DNA of 63,651 nt, the filler included, from Hyphochytrium catenoides (taxonomy: Eukaryota; Protista; Hyphochytriomycota), in assembly GCA_900088475.1 (NCBI GenBank). It is 11 parts of 11 records of this genome, joined end to end, with 100 filler letters (N's around TTAATTAATTAA, not from the genome) between each part and the next. Parts side by side here need not be neighbours in the genome. Positions count along the whole stretch, not along the records: positions 59,846 to 62,094 come from FLMG01004631.1; positions 62,195 to 63,651 come from FLMG01004256.1; 9 more parts are not named here. The stretch is one strand, 5' to 3'. The first letter of the stretch is position 1; every line of letters starts with the position of its first letter. The position numbers and the translations under genes were made by a program. Below, piece by piece: positions 61,037 through 63,651 of the stretch. The notes under the pieces were generated by a model that worked only from the letters and a program-made list of their open reading frames with translations, did no database searches and was not told the DNA's origin.

Positions 61037-63651
61037 TCTAAGACCAGCCACATCTTCTCCTGTAGCTAGAGTAGCTATCACTCTGCGCTGATCTAGCGGA
61101 ATCAAGTCGAAAAAGTTCGTCATTATAGCTAGGATGATTGATTGGGCTTATTGCGTTTGCGTTAAGCTAGGTTTCCAGGCGCAATGGAACTTGTCACCCG
61201 CCTTCACTCAGCCGCCTAGAGCTCTCAAGCAGCGCTCTAGCTCTCAATCAAAAGCTCCGGCAGCAGCCTACCAAGAAGGAAAACTGAAGAAACTGCGCGC
61301 GATCGTTGTGGGGCAGAGTTTTCGAAAGGTGCGCGACCACTGTTCCTGGAGGTTCACTGAAAGTATCAACGAAGTGTGATGACACTTTGTTGAGGAGCCG
61401 AACAGACCCCAAAATAGCTTCCGATATTACCCGTTTGTAAGGGATTTGTCAGGACTTTGTAAGCACAACTCCATCCTCATGCTGCTCGTTACCGGGCTTC
61501 GAGGGGTGCTCTGTCTGTGAAAACGCACAACCCTATTAGTGGAAGATGCTTGGATCACTGATATACTTGTACAAGTAACACCAGGAGCTCTCCAGTCCTT
61601 CTACATTGTTTTAATACTCGAGAACTAGTTCTATCAGTAGTAGTTCCTAGAGGAGGTAGGCACACTCTACTCCTTCACCCACGCTTCCTACAGCAGAGTA
61701 GTGAGTGAGTGAGTGGCGAAACATTCAGCGAAACTTTCTCAACTCTCGAATGCTGCAAGAGTCGCGTGACATGTCACCTTCACCCTCAGCTCCTACAGCT
61801 AAAAAACAGGATTGTAGGTGATGCGTCTCCGGCAATATGAGGTTACAACACAAATTCGCGTAGAAGCACGCGATGTGTCTCGGTTTATAGTGATACATCT
61901 CGCGTTACAAATTCGATTTATGTTCATAGAAACCCTTTCGCTCCTCCTCTGACCCGTTTTCTATCTCCAAAGTACACAAACAATGATTCAAACCCAAAGG
62001 AAAAGCCCGAACAGTGATTAGTAAAAATCCAAATAGTGAAATTTTGCTCACAGACAGACTCGAGGCCTCCCCTTTGGGAAGGCGTGGAACCGCTNNNNNN
62101 NNNNNNNNNNNNNNNNNNNNNNNNNNNNNNNNNNNNNNTTAATTAATTAANNNNNNNNNNNNNNNNNNNNNNNNNNNNNNNNNNNNNNNNNNNNTGGCTG
62201 AAGGAGCGTCAGCTTTCAGTATCAACTACCGCCCACCCCCATCCAGAGGTTTGAGACCGTTGGTCCCAACATGGCGGCTGGCAAGTTGCCCATATCAGGC
62301 CTCCCTGTTCTCGCCATCATTGTCCGTTTCCGGTTGATATGGATCCAATATGACAGCGTGAGATGACAGCAAGATAGATAAGTGGGAGGGAGACGCGTGC
62401 CACACCTCAGGCGTCCAAAAGCCGCCAGCGTTGGAAGGCGCAACAGAGAAAGCGATAGAATAGAGATATGTTGAGACTTATTGTAAAGGAGAGATGAGAG
62501 CATTGTCACTCTTCTATTAAGGGCTGCTGGTGGAAGATGACGCCAAGGCAAGAGGAATCTTTGGAGAAGGACAGCTTGGCCATATCTTGGTCCACCGTCA
62601 TAGAAGAAAGAATGTTCTTCTACCCTCGGCATTTTCTTACGACTGGTGTGCAAGCCCCTAGCACTTGGGGAAGGGTGGACAATGTGTCGACTCTGAATGT
62701 GAGAGATCGCTCACCCCGATGGCTATGAGCCATCTGATAAACTTGGAGATGTCTCCGCCATTATCTGGCGCTTCAACAGGGATCTGTCGCACTGTCCGAA
62801 CTTGCATCCGGCCCCATGTCCGTCCTAACCCCTGTTGTTTTCAAAGGACGGGAATGGGTATGATGATGATGCTTGCCAGTGTCATTGTCCAGCTGGCTGC
62901 CAGCTGGGAGATGATAACATAATAAACTTTGCGGTCAAGGTCTTTGTTGTCCTCTGATCAATGTTGAAGGAATCTTGCTACTAGCTAACGAAGGGTGAAC
63001 TCTGATGAATCTTTAAACTCTTTTGGCAAACACCATAGGAAGGAAATCATTCTATCTCTATCTGTGAAGCGTGCTCAGCGATAGACTCAGCTTTTGCATG
63101 ACGATAGCATGCTGTTACTTGCTGGCTTCAATACTCAGAAGCAAAGAAAATGAACGCGCCTATGTTTCCTAGTAGTAAAGTTGGAGGTATGTCATAGATA
63201 ATCGAAGCGACATGGCCTGCTGGAGATTTGTAACGTCGCTTGGAAGGTGCACGAAGTTGCCAGAGTAGTAGTCACGGTCGGGAGAAGGCAGGCAAGGATA
63301 CTAGCGGGAGCGCTGTGTGGGCTCCATTCAGGGAGCCTCTACCCTGCCGATGAGACCGCTAGAAGAGACTGAGATGGAGAATCGTTCTTTTTGAGGCTAG
63401 GCTCTGTAACCTGAAATAGATATTTCCGCTCAGTGAACGCTTTAGGCCAAGGTGGTGACTCTTAGGCTGACCCGGCATGCTCCATCGGTGCGTCGCCCCA
63501 ATCCTGCCAGCCTTGTTTTGGCAGAGGTCATGGTAGTCAAATCGATGGATTTTTTGGATAGTTCTCCTTTGTGTCGGGCCTACGCCAACGATCTCCGGTA
63601 GCATGAGACACAATCTTCGTCGACTTTATACAGAGAACTAAACAAGGTAGT

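Noticed and set aside
21617-62150. Recurrent TTAATTAATTAA palindrome
   Set aside because: It is always centred in 100-nt N blocks, so it is an artificial six-frame-stop contig linker, not biology.

Overview
Eukaryotic (probably protist) draft-genome scaffold of about 50% GC with GT-AG introns and many CT/GA microsatellites. Ten artificial N-TTAATTAATTAA-N contig linkers mean adjacency across them is uncertain. Bases ~1-18 kb form a compact block of intron-rich genes: a Cramped/TKI1-like SANT protein, a short Vti1-like SNARE, RPAP2/Rtr1, a PSI+LEA_2-like membrane protein, a matrin-type zinc-finger protein, TFIIH p44/Ssl1 and a TFxPxIN-repeat protein. Further on are a kinase-ARM-ZZ gene, a PGAM5-like phosphatase, a HAD protein, a SAM methyltransferase, a GT2 glycosyltransferase, a secreted Pro/Thr mucin-like protein and a bZIP gene. 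These are interspersed with decayed retroelements: several Copia remnants, a solo-LTR family with one clean 5-bp TSD, and a CRE-clade non-LTR element. Two observations stand out. First, an internally deleted Copia is rearranged into a double fold-back that could make long hairpin RNA, reminiscent of maize Mu killer. Second, repeats and dead genes show an apparent CpA/CWG-to-TpA mutational bias, suggesting RIP-like or non-CG-methylation genome defence. All calls come from reading the sequence by eye; no database searches were run.
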